A stretch of DNA of 56,492 bases from an uncultured Sphingomonadales bacterium. GTDB lineage: Bacteria > Pseudomonadota > Alphaproteobacteria > Sphingomonadales > Sphingomonadaceae. Every line of letters begins with the position of its first letter. Within the stretch, counting starts at the first letter, position 1. This document shows, piece after piece, positions 1 through 8,709 of the stretch. Under the pieces are notes generated by a model. It worked only from the letters and a program-made list of their open reading frames with translations, was not told where the DNA came from and did no database searches. The position numbers and the translations under genes are program-made. The DNA lies in contig CAIKKO010000076.1 in NCBI GenBank assembly GCA_903828025.1, positions 1-56,492 on the forward strand, read 5' to 3'.

Positions 1-600
1 ACGATCTTCTACCGGGGTGAGGCGGTGGGCAGCCGCGTGCGCTTCGATACGCGCCTGCTCCTCGCGCACCTCGCCCGGCTCGATCGCCACCACGCCGAGG
101 CGCATGGCGCAGCCGGGATTGCCGCTCGCTTCGATGACTACCTGGGCGAAATGCTGACCGGGGACGTGCAATTCGGGCCTCCCGCAGCGGACAGCGAACC
201 GGACCTCGCCACCGAATGGCATCCCGCCCACCCCACGCGCGAGGAGGCGGTCGACGCCGCGCGGCAGGACGCGCTTTATGCGTTCCCCGAATGCCTTGCC
301 GATGTGCCGGCCGAAGCCCTCGCCGGGCTCGATACCGACAACCTCGAGGGCGAGGATGTCTGGCCTGAGGCTGTCGCGGCCGTGCAGGACCACGCCGAAG
401 AGGCGGCGGGCGAGGCATGGGACAGCGCAGCGCAGGCCCGCCACGCCGCCGTTGATGCGGCGTGCGCCGATGCCCCTCCGTCCGTCCCCGCAAACGGGGC
501 CCCGCCTTGGCGCGAAGCCCCCTTCGAAACCAAGGCGTTCAAAGCCCCCTCAGGACCGTGTCAACCGTGTCAACTTCAGGCGCTTCAACCGGCCCGATCA
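1..600 (+). CDS. 3' part of a hypothetical protein, truncated at the left edge; true 3' end uncertain
   Basis: Frame 1 is open from base 1 (TIFYRGEAVGSRVRFDTRLLLAHLARLD...) and looks protein-like and acidic up to ~575. There is no stop until 1581, but beyond ~600 the frame is the antisense shadow of the RTX gene. Confidence 0.5.
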
Positions 601-1539
601 GAAGATGAAGTCATCCGCGGTGAGCACGCCCTCGTGCGCGGTGACGAGGAAGGTCAGCGCATGGCCGGCACTGTCGAGCACGAGCGAAACCGAATAGACA
701 TCGGTCTGGCCGGTCAGGCCGACCACCAGATCGCCCGCCACCGGGGTGATCGGCACCAGCGTTTCCTTGGTGTTGTCGACAAAGGTGAAGGCCTGATGGC
801 CCGCCAGCGCCGGGTCGGCGTCGATAAAGTGCACGTCGATCTTGTCGCCCTCGGCGTGGCTGAAATCGGTGATCCGGTCGATGTCGAGGCCCTTGAGCTG
901 GCCCAGGCTGCGGAATTCGAACGTGTCGGCACCCGCGCCGCCGGTCATCGTGTCGCTGCCCGCGCCGCCGCCGATCACGTCGTTGCCTGCGCCGCCGACG
1001 ATCACGTCGTTGCCCGCGCCGCCGAACAGCCGGTCGTTGCCGTCGCCGCCGAACAGGTTGTCGTCGCCGGTGCCGCCGACCAGCCGGTCGCTGCCGCCAT
1101 CGCCGATCAGCGTATCGTTGCCCGCGCCGCCCAGCAGCGTGTCACGCCCGGCGAAACCGCGCAGCGTGTCGTCGCTCGCGCCGCCGATGATCTGGTCGTT
1201 GCCGCTCCAGAACAGGGTGTTGAGCGTGGCGGTATCACCGGCGTCGATGGCGGCGTGGACGGCGGCGGCATCGGCCGAAAAGCCTGCGCCGACCGAGATG
1301 ATGTCGCCGCCGAAAACCGAGGCGATGGCATTGATCGTGCCGGTCCACGGCGCGCTGAAGCCGGCCGTCGCCAGAAACGAGAAGCTATCGAGCAGGCTGA
1401 AAGAGTAGGCCATGGCCAGCCCGTCGCTGCTCAATTCAGCGCCTTGCGGCGTGCTGCGCAGCAAGGACGCGAGCAAGTTTGTGTCGAACGCGTTGGTATC
1501 GGTTTCGCCCGCGGCAAGAATGCCCTGATACGTAGCCAT
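598..1539 (-). CDS. RTX (haemolysin-type Ca-binding repeat) protein, 313 aa, probable T1SS substrate
   Basis: Many GGxGxDxLx nonapeptides, a DRITDF...GDKID peptidase-M10-like C-terminal region, C-terminus DDFIF, no signal peptide, GGAGGGAG RBS upstream. Confidence 0.9.
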   Translation of the reverse strand: MATYQGILAAGETDTNAFDTNLLASLLRSTPQGAELSSDGLAMAYSFSLLDSFSFLATAGFSAPWTGTINAIASVFGGDIISVGAGFSADAAAVHAAIDAGDTATLNTLFWSGNDQIIGGASDDTLRGFAGRDTLLGGAGNDTLIGDGGSDRLVGGTGDDNLFGGDGNDRLFGGAGNDVIVGGAGNDVIGGGAGSDTMTGGAGADTFEFRSLGQLKGLDIDRITDFSHAEGDKIDVHFIDADPALAGHQAFTFVDNTKETLVPITPVAGDLVVGLTGQTDVYSVSLVLDSAGHALTFLVTAHEGVLTADDFIF

Positions 1540-1848
1540 GATGGTGATCTCCCTCCGTCAAACGCTTGCGACTGGGTATGAACGCGGGCGCGCCTGAGTC
1601 AATGCAGTGTCAGGGTGGTGGTAGGGCGACCGGATCTGCCGTCCTGTTCTGGACCGGCGGGCGCAGCACGCGTTAACATGGGCGGCTCAAGCTGGTTGCC
1701 CGATGGGGGCGGTGGAGCGCATTCTTGGGAGTGTAATCAAGAGGTCACCGAGGTGCAACAAACCCGCCCTAGGCCTGAACCAGTGATGAACGAATGGACT
1801 GTGCACAGATCCGAAACGGGCACGTTCGAGGAGGGGCGGGGGATCGCG

Positions 1849-2586
1849 ATGTCACGCAAAGCGACCATTCTGCTTTACGAAACCAATGTCACGATCTTGC
1901 GCATGATGACCTTCAACCTCGAGATGGAGGGCTTTGCCGTCGTCGAGGCGGACCAGCCTGCCGAGGTGATGAAGCAGATTGCCGAACAGGATATCGACCT
2001 GATCCTGCTCAACTGGGCCGACCAGAGCGAAAGCTGCCTCGATTTGTGCCGCAACGTGCGGCGGACCGAGCCGGTGACGTACACGCCGATCGTGATCGTG
2101 TCCGCCCCGCGCGACGAGCGCGACCGGCTGACCGCCTATGATGCGGGGGCGGACGATTTCATGGTCAAGCCGTTCTCGCTGCCCGAATTGCTCGCCCGCA
2201 TTCGCGCGATCCTGCGCCGCACTTCGCCGGCCATCGGCGGCCGGGTGATCCGCGTGGCCGGGGTCGAGATGGATATCGACAACGGCGCGGTGAAGCGCGA
2301 CGGGACCGATATCCGGCTCAGCCTGATCGAGTTCAAGATCCTGCGCTATCTCATGGAAAATTCAGGAAAAGTGCGCACCCGCGAGCAGATCCGCAACGCG
2401 GTCTGGGGCCGCGACAGCCAGATCGAGATCCGCGCGGTCGATGTGCGGATCACCCGGCTGCGCCGCCGCCTCAACATGGATACCCACCCCGACGTGATCC
2501 GCACGGTGCGCTCGGTGGGCTATGCGCTGGGCGATCAGCAGGCGCGCACCCGGCCCGAGCCGCGCTACGACGGCGCGGAAACCTGA
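1849..2586 (+). CDS. PhoB/OmpR-family response regulator with an atypical receiver domain
   Basis: GADDFMVKPFSLPELLARIRAILRR and winged helix RAVDVRITRLRRRL...IRTVRSVGY are PhoB-like. DLILLNW replaces DLILLDW. Start set at ATG 1849 after a purine-rich RBS; the ORF track extends to 1615. Confidence 0.85.
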   Translation: MSRKATILLYETNVTILRMMTFNLEMEGFAVVEADQPAEVMKQIAEQDIDLILLNWADQSESCLDLCRNVRRTEPVTYTPIVIVSAPRDERDRLTAYDAGADDFMVKPFSLPELLARIRAILRRTSPAIGGRVIRVAGVEMDIDNGAVKRDGTDIRLSLIEFKILRYLMENSGKVRTREQIRNAVWGRDSQIEIRAVDVRITRLRRRLNMDTHPDVIRTVRSVGYALGDQQARTRPEPRYDGAET

Positions 2587-2607
2587 GCGACCGCTTCAGC
2601 GCGGGGG

Positions 2608-3249
2608 TCAGGGCGTGGTGAGGCGGCCGATCGTGTCGCGGTCGAGCGTGCCGCTGGGCGAGATGCCGGTGCTGGACTGAAAGTCGCGGATCGCTTGGGC
2701 CAAGGTGTCCGGATTCTGAGCATCGGCGGTGCTGGCGAGGAAGTGCAGCGCGACCAGCCGCTCGACAATCCGCTGAACCGTCGCGCTATCAAGCGCGCCC
2801 GATCCGGCAGGCAGGGCTGCGGCGGCGGGGGTCGTGACGGGAGCTGCGGGCGAAGGCGGGTCAGGGTCCGGGCGGTGCATCGCGGGCGGCGGAGCATCGG
2901 GCACATCGCCTTCGATGCCGGGCACGGCAGCAGCCGGGGCGTCGGGGAGCGGCGCGGGCCAACCGCCGTTGGCATCGGCATCATGCGGTGCGGGCGCGGC
3001 AGGCTGGGGTGCGGGCTGGGGCTCCGGTTGCGGGCTGGGTTCAGGCGGCCAGCCGGTAACGACAGGCTCCGACGGGGCATTCTGGTCCGGCGTGTCGGTA
3101 GCGGAGATGGCCGGGGTTGTCGCAGCAGTCTGGGCTTGCGCCAAGCCGCCGTGCGGCCACAGCAGCATGGCCAGCATCACACCCCGAGCCGCGCGGGGCC
3201 ACCATCGGTTCGGATCACATCGTAACAGGGCAGGCCCGGCCGAAATCAA
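2608..3249 (-). CDS. Secreted Pro-rich protein with a C-terminal peptidoglycan-binding (PG_binding_1-like) domain
   Basis: Signal-like segment ending AQA, long Pro/Ala linker, C-terminal AIRDFQSSTGISPSGTLDRDT. The start may lie ~70 nt downstream. Confidence 0.75.
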   Translation of the reverse strand: MISAGPALLRCDPNRWWPRAARGVMLAMLLWPHGGLAQAQTAATTPAISATDTPDQNAPSEPVVTGWPPEPSPQPEPQPAPQPAAPAPHDADANGGWPAPLPDAPAAAVPGIEGDVPDAPPPAMHRPDPDPPSPAAPVTTPAAAALPAGSGALDSATVQRIVERLVALHFLASTADAQNPDTLAQAIRDFQSSTGISPSGTLDRDTIGRLTTP

Positions 3250-3277
3250 TGGTTGCCAAAATCAATGCTTGCCAAAA

Positions 3278-3613
3278 TCAGTTCTTAAACGTGCCGTTGG
3301 ACGTGACGGTGCCGCTGTTCGAGCCGCTGATCGTGTTGCCGTTGATCGAGTTGGAGTTGCCGGTGATCTGGTTGTAGACGCAGTACCCGCAGGAGCTGAT
3401 CGAGCGGTACATCGTGGTGACCGAATTGCCGATGGTGGCGGCCTGCGCGTTGGCGTCTTCAAGCTGGTGCAACTGGGCGGAGGCAATCGCAGCACCGTGG
3501 CCGCCGTTGCTGCCCATTGTCGCCCATGCCGAAGTCGACTGCCCGGCCTGTGCCGATTGCGCCATCATGCCTGCCGCGACGGTCAGTGCCACGGCGATTT
3601 TGCGGATGTTCAT
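3278..3613 (-). CDS. Small secreted Asn/Ser/Gly-rich protein, possibly HfaA-like, with a CxxC motif
   Basis: Clear Sec signal (MNIRKIAVALTVAAGMMAQSAQA), CGYC, C-terminal GNSNSI...NSGTVTSN. Confidence 0.75.
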   Translation of the reverse strand: MNIRKIAVALTVAAGMMAQSAQAGQSTSAWATMGSNGGHGAAIASAQLHQLEDANAQAATIGNSVTTMYRSISSCGYCVYNQITGNSNSINGNTISGSNSGTVTSNGTFKN

Positions 3614-3638
3614 GGCTCGATACCCCGTTCTGTTGGCT

Positions 3639-4118
3639 TCACTTGCCGGTGGTGTGGATCGAAATGGTATTCGACATACCCGTCGCGCTGATGGATTGCG
3701 ACATGTTTGTGCCGGTCAGTGTCCCGCCGCTGACTTTGCCGTTGGTGGTGACGGTTCCGGTGTTGTCGCCCTTGACGTTCACGCCGGTGACCGAGGCTTG
3801 ATAGGTGATGCTCGCGGGATCGCCGTTCACGTTCAGATTGGCGTCGCTGATGCTGTAGGTTGAGGAGGCCCCTTGCGCGGTCAGCGTACCGGCGCTGTTG
3901 CTGGTCCCGGTCGCGGTGGGATTGGTGACGATGCCGTTGAGTGTCACCTGCCCGGAGTTGGTGGATGAGAGATTGCTGTCACCCGTCTGGTTGAGCGTCA
4001 GGCTGCTCTGGGCGCGGGCCGGGCTGGCAGCGATCAGCGCCAGGGCGCAGGCCCCCAGCAGAGCGCGATTCCGACACGCGGTTGGCGATTCGCTCGTTCG
4101 TGTTGCCATCATGCGCAT
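3639..4118 (-). CDS. Small secreted Thr/Ser/Asn/Gly-rich beta-repeat protein
   Basis: Signal peptide ending ARA. N[ST]GxVT motifs (NSGQVT, NTGTVT) are shared with neighbouring genes. GGAGA RBS. Confidence 0.75.
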   Translation of the reverse strand: MRMMATRTSESPTACRNRALLGACALALIAASPARAQSSLTLNQTGDSNLSSTNSGQVTLNGIVTNPTATGTSNSAGTLTAQGASSTYSISDANLNVNGDPASITYQASVTGVNVKGDNTGTVTTNGKVSGGTLTGTNMSQSISATGMSNTISIHTTGK

Positions 4119-4157
4119 CCTGAATCTCCGCTGAACCAGAGGGTTCCCAAATCAGAA

Positions 4158-4222
4158 AAGGAGAGGCCAGCGGCCTCTCCTTCCCCGAAACACACAAACT
4201 GGGCCGGGCGCAAGGCCCGGCC
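4158..4222 (-). terminator. Two tandem hairpins after the 515-aa gene (partial terminator or mRNA stabiliser)
   Basis: AAGGAGAGGCC-agc-GGCCTCTCCTT (4158-4182, short T run on the minus strand) and GGCCGGGC-gcaag-GCCCGGCC (4202-4222). Confidence 0.6.
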
Positions 4223-4236
4223 AGCCGATAGTCTGC

Positions 4237-5784
4237 TTACTTGATCGAGGTCTGCGTAAGGCTGATCGAAGCCGATGCGCCGACCGCAGCGGTCGAGATC
4301 GAGTTCTGGTAGCCGCCGCCGATGATCGGGGTGGTGTTGCCGGTGTTGACCGCGACAACGCCAGCGTTGGTCGAGGTAGCACCGAGCGTGGTGGCAACGA
4401 ACGCGTTCGCATCCGCACCAGTCGCGCCGTTGTACGACGTGTCGGTGAAGCTGATCGAAGCCGAGCTGCCGACGCCGGCCACGCTGACCGAGTTGCCGTA
4501 ACCGATCGATTCGATGTCCGCGCCGGTGATCGTGCCGTTCGTGGTGACGTTGCCCGAGTTGTTCGACGTCGACGACAGAGCCGTCAGAGCCGGGCCATTG
4601 GTGATCGCCGACGAGCCGGTGTAGTCAACCGCCGTGGTGCTGATCGAAGCCGACGAACCAACCGCCGCAACCGAAACCGAGTTCGAGTTGCCGTCCGGGA
4701 TCAGCACCGAATTGTCGAGGTTGGTGCTGTTGGTGACATCAGCGAGGTTCAGCGACTGCGTGGCGACCAGAGTGCCGCCCGTGACCGTCGGGGTGAGCGT
4801 GTTGGCCGTACCGGCATCACCATACGAGTTGGTGCTGTCGGAGAACGAAGCCGACGAACCGACCGCAGCAACCGAGATCGAGTTGCCGTTGCCGGTTTCG
4901 ATCTGGGCATCGGGAACCGTGGCAGCGGTCGCTGCGTCAGCGCCGCCGACATAGACCGTGCCGGTGGAGGCGTTGGTCGAGGTGATGTTGAGATCGCCCG
5001 CGGTCGTGTCGAAGCCCGAGGTGACAGCGCCGCCATCGATTGCAGTGGACGAGAGCGAGAACGAAGCCGACGAACCGACGCCTGCGACCGAGATCGAGTT
5101 GGCGTTGCCACCCTGGATGTCCGCGCCGGCAATGCCGTTCGCGAGGTTGACAGTCACGGTGCCGATGTTGCCGCCGGTGCCGGCGGTCAGATCGGTGATG
5201 TCGCCGGTTGCGGTGTCGCCGTCACCCGACTGGATGGTGCCGCCGGTGAAGCCGGTGATGCCCGAGGTGTTGTCCGTGGGGGTCCCTGCAACCTTAGCCG
5301 ACTGCTCGGAGCTGACCGAGCCCGAGAACGAAGCCGACGAACCGACCGCTGCGAGCGAGATCGAGTTGCCGTTGCCGCCGCCGATCACGGCGCTGGTCGC
5401 GATGTCGTTGGTGTTGAGAACGGCCGAGTCGTTGCCGGCAGTAACCGACAGAGCGCCGGTTGCGGTGGCCGCGCCGGTCATGCCAGCGGTGCCGCTGGCA
5501 GCCGTCGAGGTGAACGAGAACGAAGCGCTGGCGCCAACGGCCGCACCCGAGATCGAGTTCTTGAAGCCGCCAACGATCGACGCGCCGTCGATGCCGGTGG
5601 TGGCGCCTGCGCTGGTGCCGTCGAGAGTGACGGTGGCATCGCCAGCCGTACCGCTCGAGTTGGTTGCGATCACGGTTGCGTCGCTGAGCGCCCAGGTGTC
5701 AGCGACCTGAGCGTGCGCCGACGTGCTGGCGAAAATTGCGGTGGCGGCGAGAAGCGCTGCCTTGGTGAGATTGAGCTTGGTCAC
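4237..5784 (-). CDS. Secreted beta-strand repeat protein, 515 aa, candidate major fibre/amyloid subunit
   Basis: Sec signal ending AHA, seven copies of NS[IV]SxA[AG]VG[SA]SAS[FI]S, very rich in G/A/S/T/N with few basic residues, GTG start with AGGGG RBS. Confidence 0.85.
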   Translation of the reverse strand: MTKLNLTKAALLAATAIFASTSAHAQVADTWALSDATVIATNSSGTAGDATVTLDGTSAGATTGIDGASIVGGFKNSISGAAVGASASFSFTSTAASGTAGMTGAATATGALSVTAGNDSAVLNTNDIATSAVIGGGNGNSISLAAVGSSASFSGSVSSEQSAKVAGTPTDNTSGITGFTGGTIQSGDGDTATGDITDLTAGTGGNIGTVTVNLANGIAGADIQGGNANSISVAGVGSSASFSLSSTAIDGGAVTSGFDTTAGDLNITSTNASTGTVYVGGADAATAATVPDAQIETGNGNSISVAAVGSSASFSDSTNSYGDAGTANTLTPTVTGGTLVATQSLNLADVTNSTNLDNSVLIPDGNSNSVSVAAVGSSASISTTAVDYTGSSAITNGPALTALSSTSNNSGNVTTNGTITGADIESIGYGNSVSVAGVGSSASISFTDTSYNGATGADANAFVATTLGATSTNAGVVAVNTGNTTPIIGGGYQNSISTAAVGASASISLTQTSIK

Positions 5785-5966
5785 GTTTGAACCCCTATAT
5801 CTTTAGTTTATATCCCGTTGCTAGACCCGCAGGTGCTAACACGAGCGCTTTGGCGGCGTTCCTTGAAACAATGGTGACTCTTTGAAGAATGAGGGGTATT
5901 TTAACCTTCTTCATTTTGTCACATTGTCCCGAAACTGTATGCGTTCGGGGGTGCTGCCAGCCGCTA

Positions 5967-7022
5967 TCAGGGCTTCTGCGACTTTTGGGAATCGCTGTAA
6001 GGCGTTGGTATCGCCTGCGGATTCGGCTGCGCGGGCGGGGCCTGGCGCAGCGGTGCCGGGGCCGGAGCGGGTTGTGCCGGAGCGCGTTCGGGGGCCGGTT
6101 CAGCCCGGCGCGTCCCTTTCAACACCTCAACCATACGGCGACAATCGTCGGGCACGATGGGCATGGAGGCAAGAACATCGGCAACGGCCAGCGCAATGAC
6201 GTCGCGAGTCGCTTCCTGCAGGCGCTGCTGATCGGAAAAGCCGATCGTGCCGGTCACCAAAGTGCCGTTGCCCTTGCCCACGATCTTGGCGATGCCGACG
6301 CCGCCTTCCTCATAATAGACGCGGCGGTTGAGCGAGCTGATCGCCATCGTCATGCGATCACCAGGCCGATACATTTCGGCCGATATTTCAAGGCTCGCGC
6401 CGCGCAGCGTGTAATAAGGGCCGATCCCGCCCACGCGCACGTCGGCATCCGGCCCGCCGAGAAAGTCGAGCGCGGTGAACGCGGTCGAGATGATGAAATT
6501 GGGCACGCGGGTTTGCTGCTGGGCGGAGAGCGCCTGATCGAGGTTGGGCCCGCCAAACTGGCGCAGCGCGCGCTCGGTGTTGAGCTCGTAATAGTTCATC
6601 GAGAGCCCGCCTGAACGGATCACCGCCTCCGACGCCCAGATCGCCGCGGTGCCTTGGGGCAGGAACGAGCCGGTTGCGCCTTCGTAGCCATAGGATGACT
6701 TGCCCGTCCCGTCGGAATGGACCGCGATGCCGAACCGGATGCGGTTGAGCGCATGGCTGTCGTGCATGCACTGCAAGGCGCGCATGATCGGCTCGCTCGG
6801 CGTGCTCTGCGTGGGCGGGGGCGGCTCGGACACTGTGATATGCTTGGCACCGGGCATGGGTACGCATCCAGCCAGCGGCAGCGCCGCGAGCGTCGCCAGC
6901 AGCGCGACGCGCAGGATCCGGGGAGCAAGCGTCTGGCGCAGACTCCCGGTGCGTTGGTCCACTGCCGACGAGTGGGGCGCGCGCTTGCCGATAAGGGTAT
7001 CCATGGCGTTGATCTGACTCAC
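5967..7022 (-). CDS. CsgG/HfaB-family outer-membrane lipoprotein
   Basis: Lipobox LPLAGC. RFGIAVHSDGTGK...LPQG...NYYELNTE...PNFIISTAFTALDF follows the CsgG/HfaB pattern, with QQRLQEATRDVI near the end and a Pro-rich tail. Confidence 0.75.
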   Translation of the reverse strand: MSQINAMDTLIGKRAPHSSAVDQRTGSLRQTLAPRILRVALLATLAALPLAGCVPMPGAKHITVSEPPPPTQSTPSEPIMRALQCMHDSHALNRIRFGIAVHSDGTGKSSYGYEGATGSFLPQGTAAIWASEAVIRSGGLSMNYYELNTERALRQFGGPNLDQALSAQQQTRVPNFIISTAFTALDFLGGPDADVRVGGIGPYYTLRGASLEISAEMYRPGDRMTMAISSLNRRVYYEEGGVGIAKIVGKGNGTLVTGTIGFSDQQRLQEATRDVIALAVADVLASMPIVPDDCRRMVEVLKGTRRAEPAPERAPAQPAPAPAPLRQAPPAQPNPQAIPTPYSDSQKSQKP

Positions 7023-7173
7023 TTATGTTGAAGTTCGGTGTCCTGCCCCCATTAAGGACATCCGTGTCGTATCGGCTTATAGTCGTGACAAGCGTGCAAG
7101 TTCACTCTGAAATTCACGCGGCAGTTCCAAACTGGGCCGCACCAACGCCGGTTGCCCCCGCACCGGTTCCCAT

Positions 7174-7785
7174 TCAGTTGTGCTTACCCTTGGGCGGCTT
7201 GATCGTCACCAGACAATTGCCGCCATAAATCCGGTTGATGTTGATGTTGGCCAGATCCCTGGCATTGGTCATGAACATGTGCGCCCGGCCCGTCGCTGCA
7301 TCGAAGCCGGTGATCACGATGAGTTTGGATTCGACCCGCGACATCGGCAAAGTCAGCTCGACCCGGTCGGGCCACAAATCGACCACGCGCGAGACCGGGC
7401 CGATCACGTCTGCCGCGATCTTGTCCGGGTCTGCGATGATCTCGGTTCCCTTGGCGACCGGCTCAGGTGGTTCGACCGCGTCTGGCGGCGGCGTGGTGCG
7501 CGCCGGTCTGGCAGGCAAATGAACCCCGAACACATGGCGAGAATCGAAGATGATGTCGCTATCGCGCTGGTCTTTTCCGGTATCGACATTGGTGGCGTGA
7601 CCCAAGTCGCATGTCAGCGTGCGGTCGGGCAGCATCACGGCCTCCGGCTTGACCGGCGGAGCCCCTGGAGCGACTTGCGCCGAGGTCGGTTCCGCCGACA
7701 TCGCGGCCTCGGTCACCACGAATGCCGCGGTCACCACGAATGCCGTGCACAGGCTCCGTAAGGATCGCGAAACGAGAGAGCGCAT
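7174..7785 (-). CDS. Hypothetical exported protein, ~203 aa
   Basis: 3' part of the 478-aa ORF from ATG 7785: hydrophobic N-terminus and beta-rich body flanked by two Cys. The rest of the ORF is antisense to the hydrolase gene. Confidence 0.65.
   Translation of the reverse strand: MRSLVSRSLRSLCTAFVVTAAFVVTEAAMSAEPTSAQVAPGAPPVKPEAVMLPDRTLTCDLGHATNVDTGKDQRDSDIIFDSRHVFGVHLPARPARTTPPPDAVEPPEPVAKGTEIIADPDKIAADVIGPVSRVVDLWPDRVELTLPMSRVESKLIVITGFDAATGRAHMFMTNARDLANININRIYGGNCLVTIKPPKGKHN
7710..7745. repeat. Perfect 18-bp tandem duplication within the signal region
   Basis: CGGTCACCACGAATGCCG x2, encoding AFVVTA/AFVVTE. Confidence 0.85.
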
Positions 7786-7965
7786 AAGTATAAAAGACCC
7801 TGGTTCGGTGATCGGTCCGCTCTTAGGTAGGGTTCGTGACGGATCGGTGACGACTGCGCTATGCCTGCTGAAGCCCGAGCCGGTTCCGCGCAAGTCCTTC
7901 GGCCTGCGAGGCGCGGTTGCAGAGTTGCAAGAAAACTGTCGCAGGACTTCACTAAGGGCCGGGTC

Positions 7966-8709
7966 ATGCGGAGCGGATGGGTGATCAGGGCGACGGCGCG
8001 ATGGCTGGCAATCGGCTTTGCCGCGTGCGGCCTGTGCGCGAACCCCGTGATGGCACAAGATGCGGTGCTGGACGCGTCTCCTGCGCACGAACGCCGCCCT
8101 GCCAGCGAGGACGATTTGCGCTGCCTCACGCTCGCGATCGCCTACGAGGCCGGCAATCAGCCCATCGCGGGGCAAGAGGCTGTCGCGGAAGTTGTGCTCA
8201 ACCGCGCGGAGCATCCGGCGTTCCCCCATAGCGTGTGCGATGTGGTGTTTCAGGGGTGGACTCGCCACACGGGGTGCCAGTTCACGTTCGCCTGTGACGG
8301 GGCGATTGATCGCCGGTTGCCTGCGCGGATCTTGACCGGGGCACGCAGCGTGGCCGAACGGGTGGCGAGCGGCACGGCCACCGCGCGGGTGGCTGGGGCG
8401 CTCAACTATCACGCCAACTATGTCAGCCCGGCGTGGGCATCCCGGCTTGATCGGGTCGCGCAGATCGGGGCACACATTTTCTACCGACCGGAACCGGGCA
8501 GCCTGCCCGAAGGCGGCCGCTTGTCGCTGCACCCCGGGGCGGAAGGGGAAGGGGGGCAGGCCATCCGGCGCTATGCCGTGTACTTTGCCGATCTGTCCGC
8601 CCATGACCATGGCGCAGACTTTGGCCTGGCGCAGGGCACCAGCGCGCCCGGCAAGCCCGCCGTGGCAGCGCAGCAGCCATTCTTGCCCTGGGGCCTCAGC
8701 TTGCGCTGA
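7966..8709 (+). CDS. SleB-like cell wall hydrolase (Hydrolase_2 family)
   Basis: CLTLAIAYEA...GQEAVAEVVLNR...FPHSVCDVVFQG...CQFTF...YHANYVSPAW...IGAHIFY. Confidence 0.9.
   Translation: MRSGWVIRATARWLAIGFAACGLCANPVMAQDAVLDASPAHERRPASEDDLRCLTLAIAYEAGNQPIAGQEAVAEVVLNRAEHPAFPHSVCDVVFQGWTRHTGCQFTFACDGAIDRRLPARILTGARSVAERVASGTATARVAGALNYHANYVSPAWASRLDRVAQIGAHIFYRPEPGSLPEGGRLSLHPGAEGEGGQAIRRYAVYFADLSAHDHGADFGLAQGTSAPGKPAVAAQQPFLPWGLSLR

Noticed and set aside
25-1581. 518-aa ORF as a single real protein
   Set aside because: Beyond ~600 it is the antisense shadow of the RTX gene; only the first ~190 codons look genuine.
4237-5784. Recurring GAAGCCGACGAACCGAC motifs as a CRISPR array
   Set aside because: They are in-frame coding repeats with long, irregular spacing and no cas genes.
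5914-5941. Pho-box-like TTGTCAC/TTGTCCC-GAAA-CTGTATG
   Set aside because: Weak second half-site and oriented opposite to the downstream gene.
7005-7033. dif-like site (TTATGTTGAAG)
   Set aside because: Only a partial XerD-arm match with no XerC arm.
7925-7942. Pho-box-like TTGCAAG-AAAA-CTGTCGC before the hydrolase
   Set aside because: Degenerate and too close to the start codon to be convincing.
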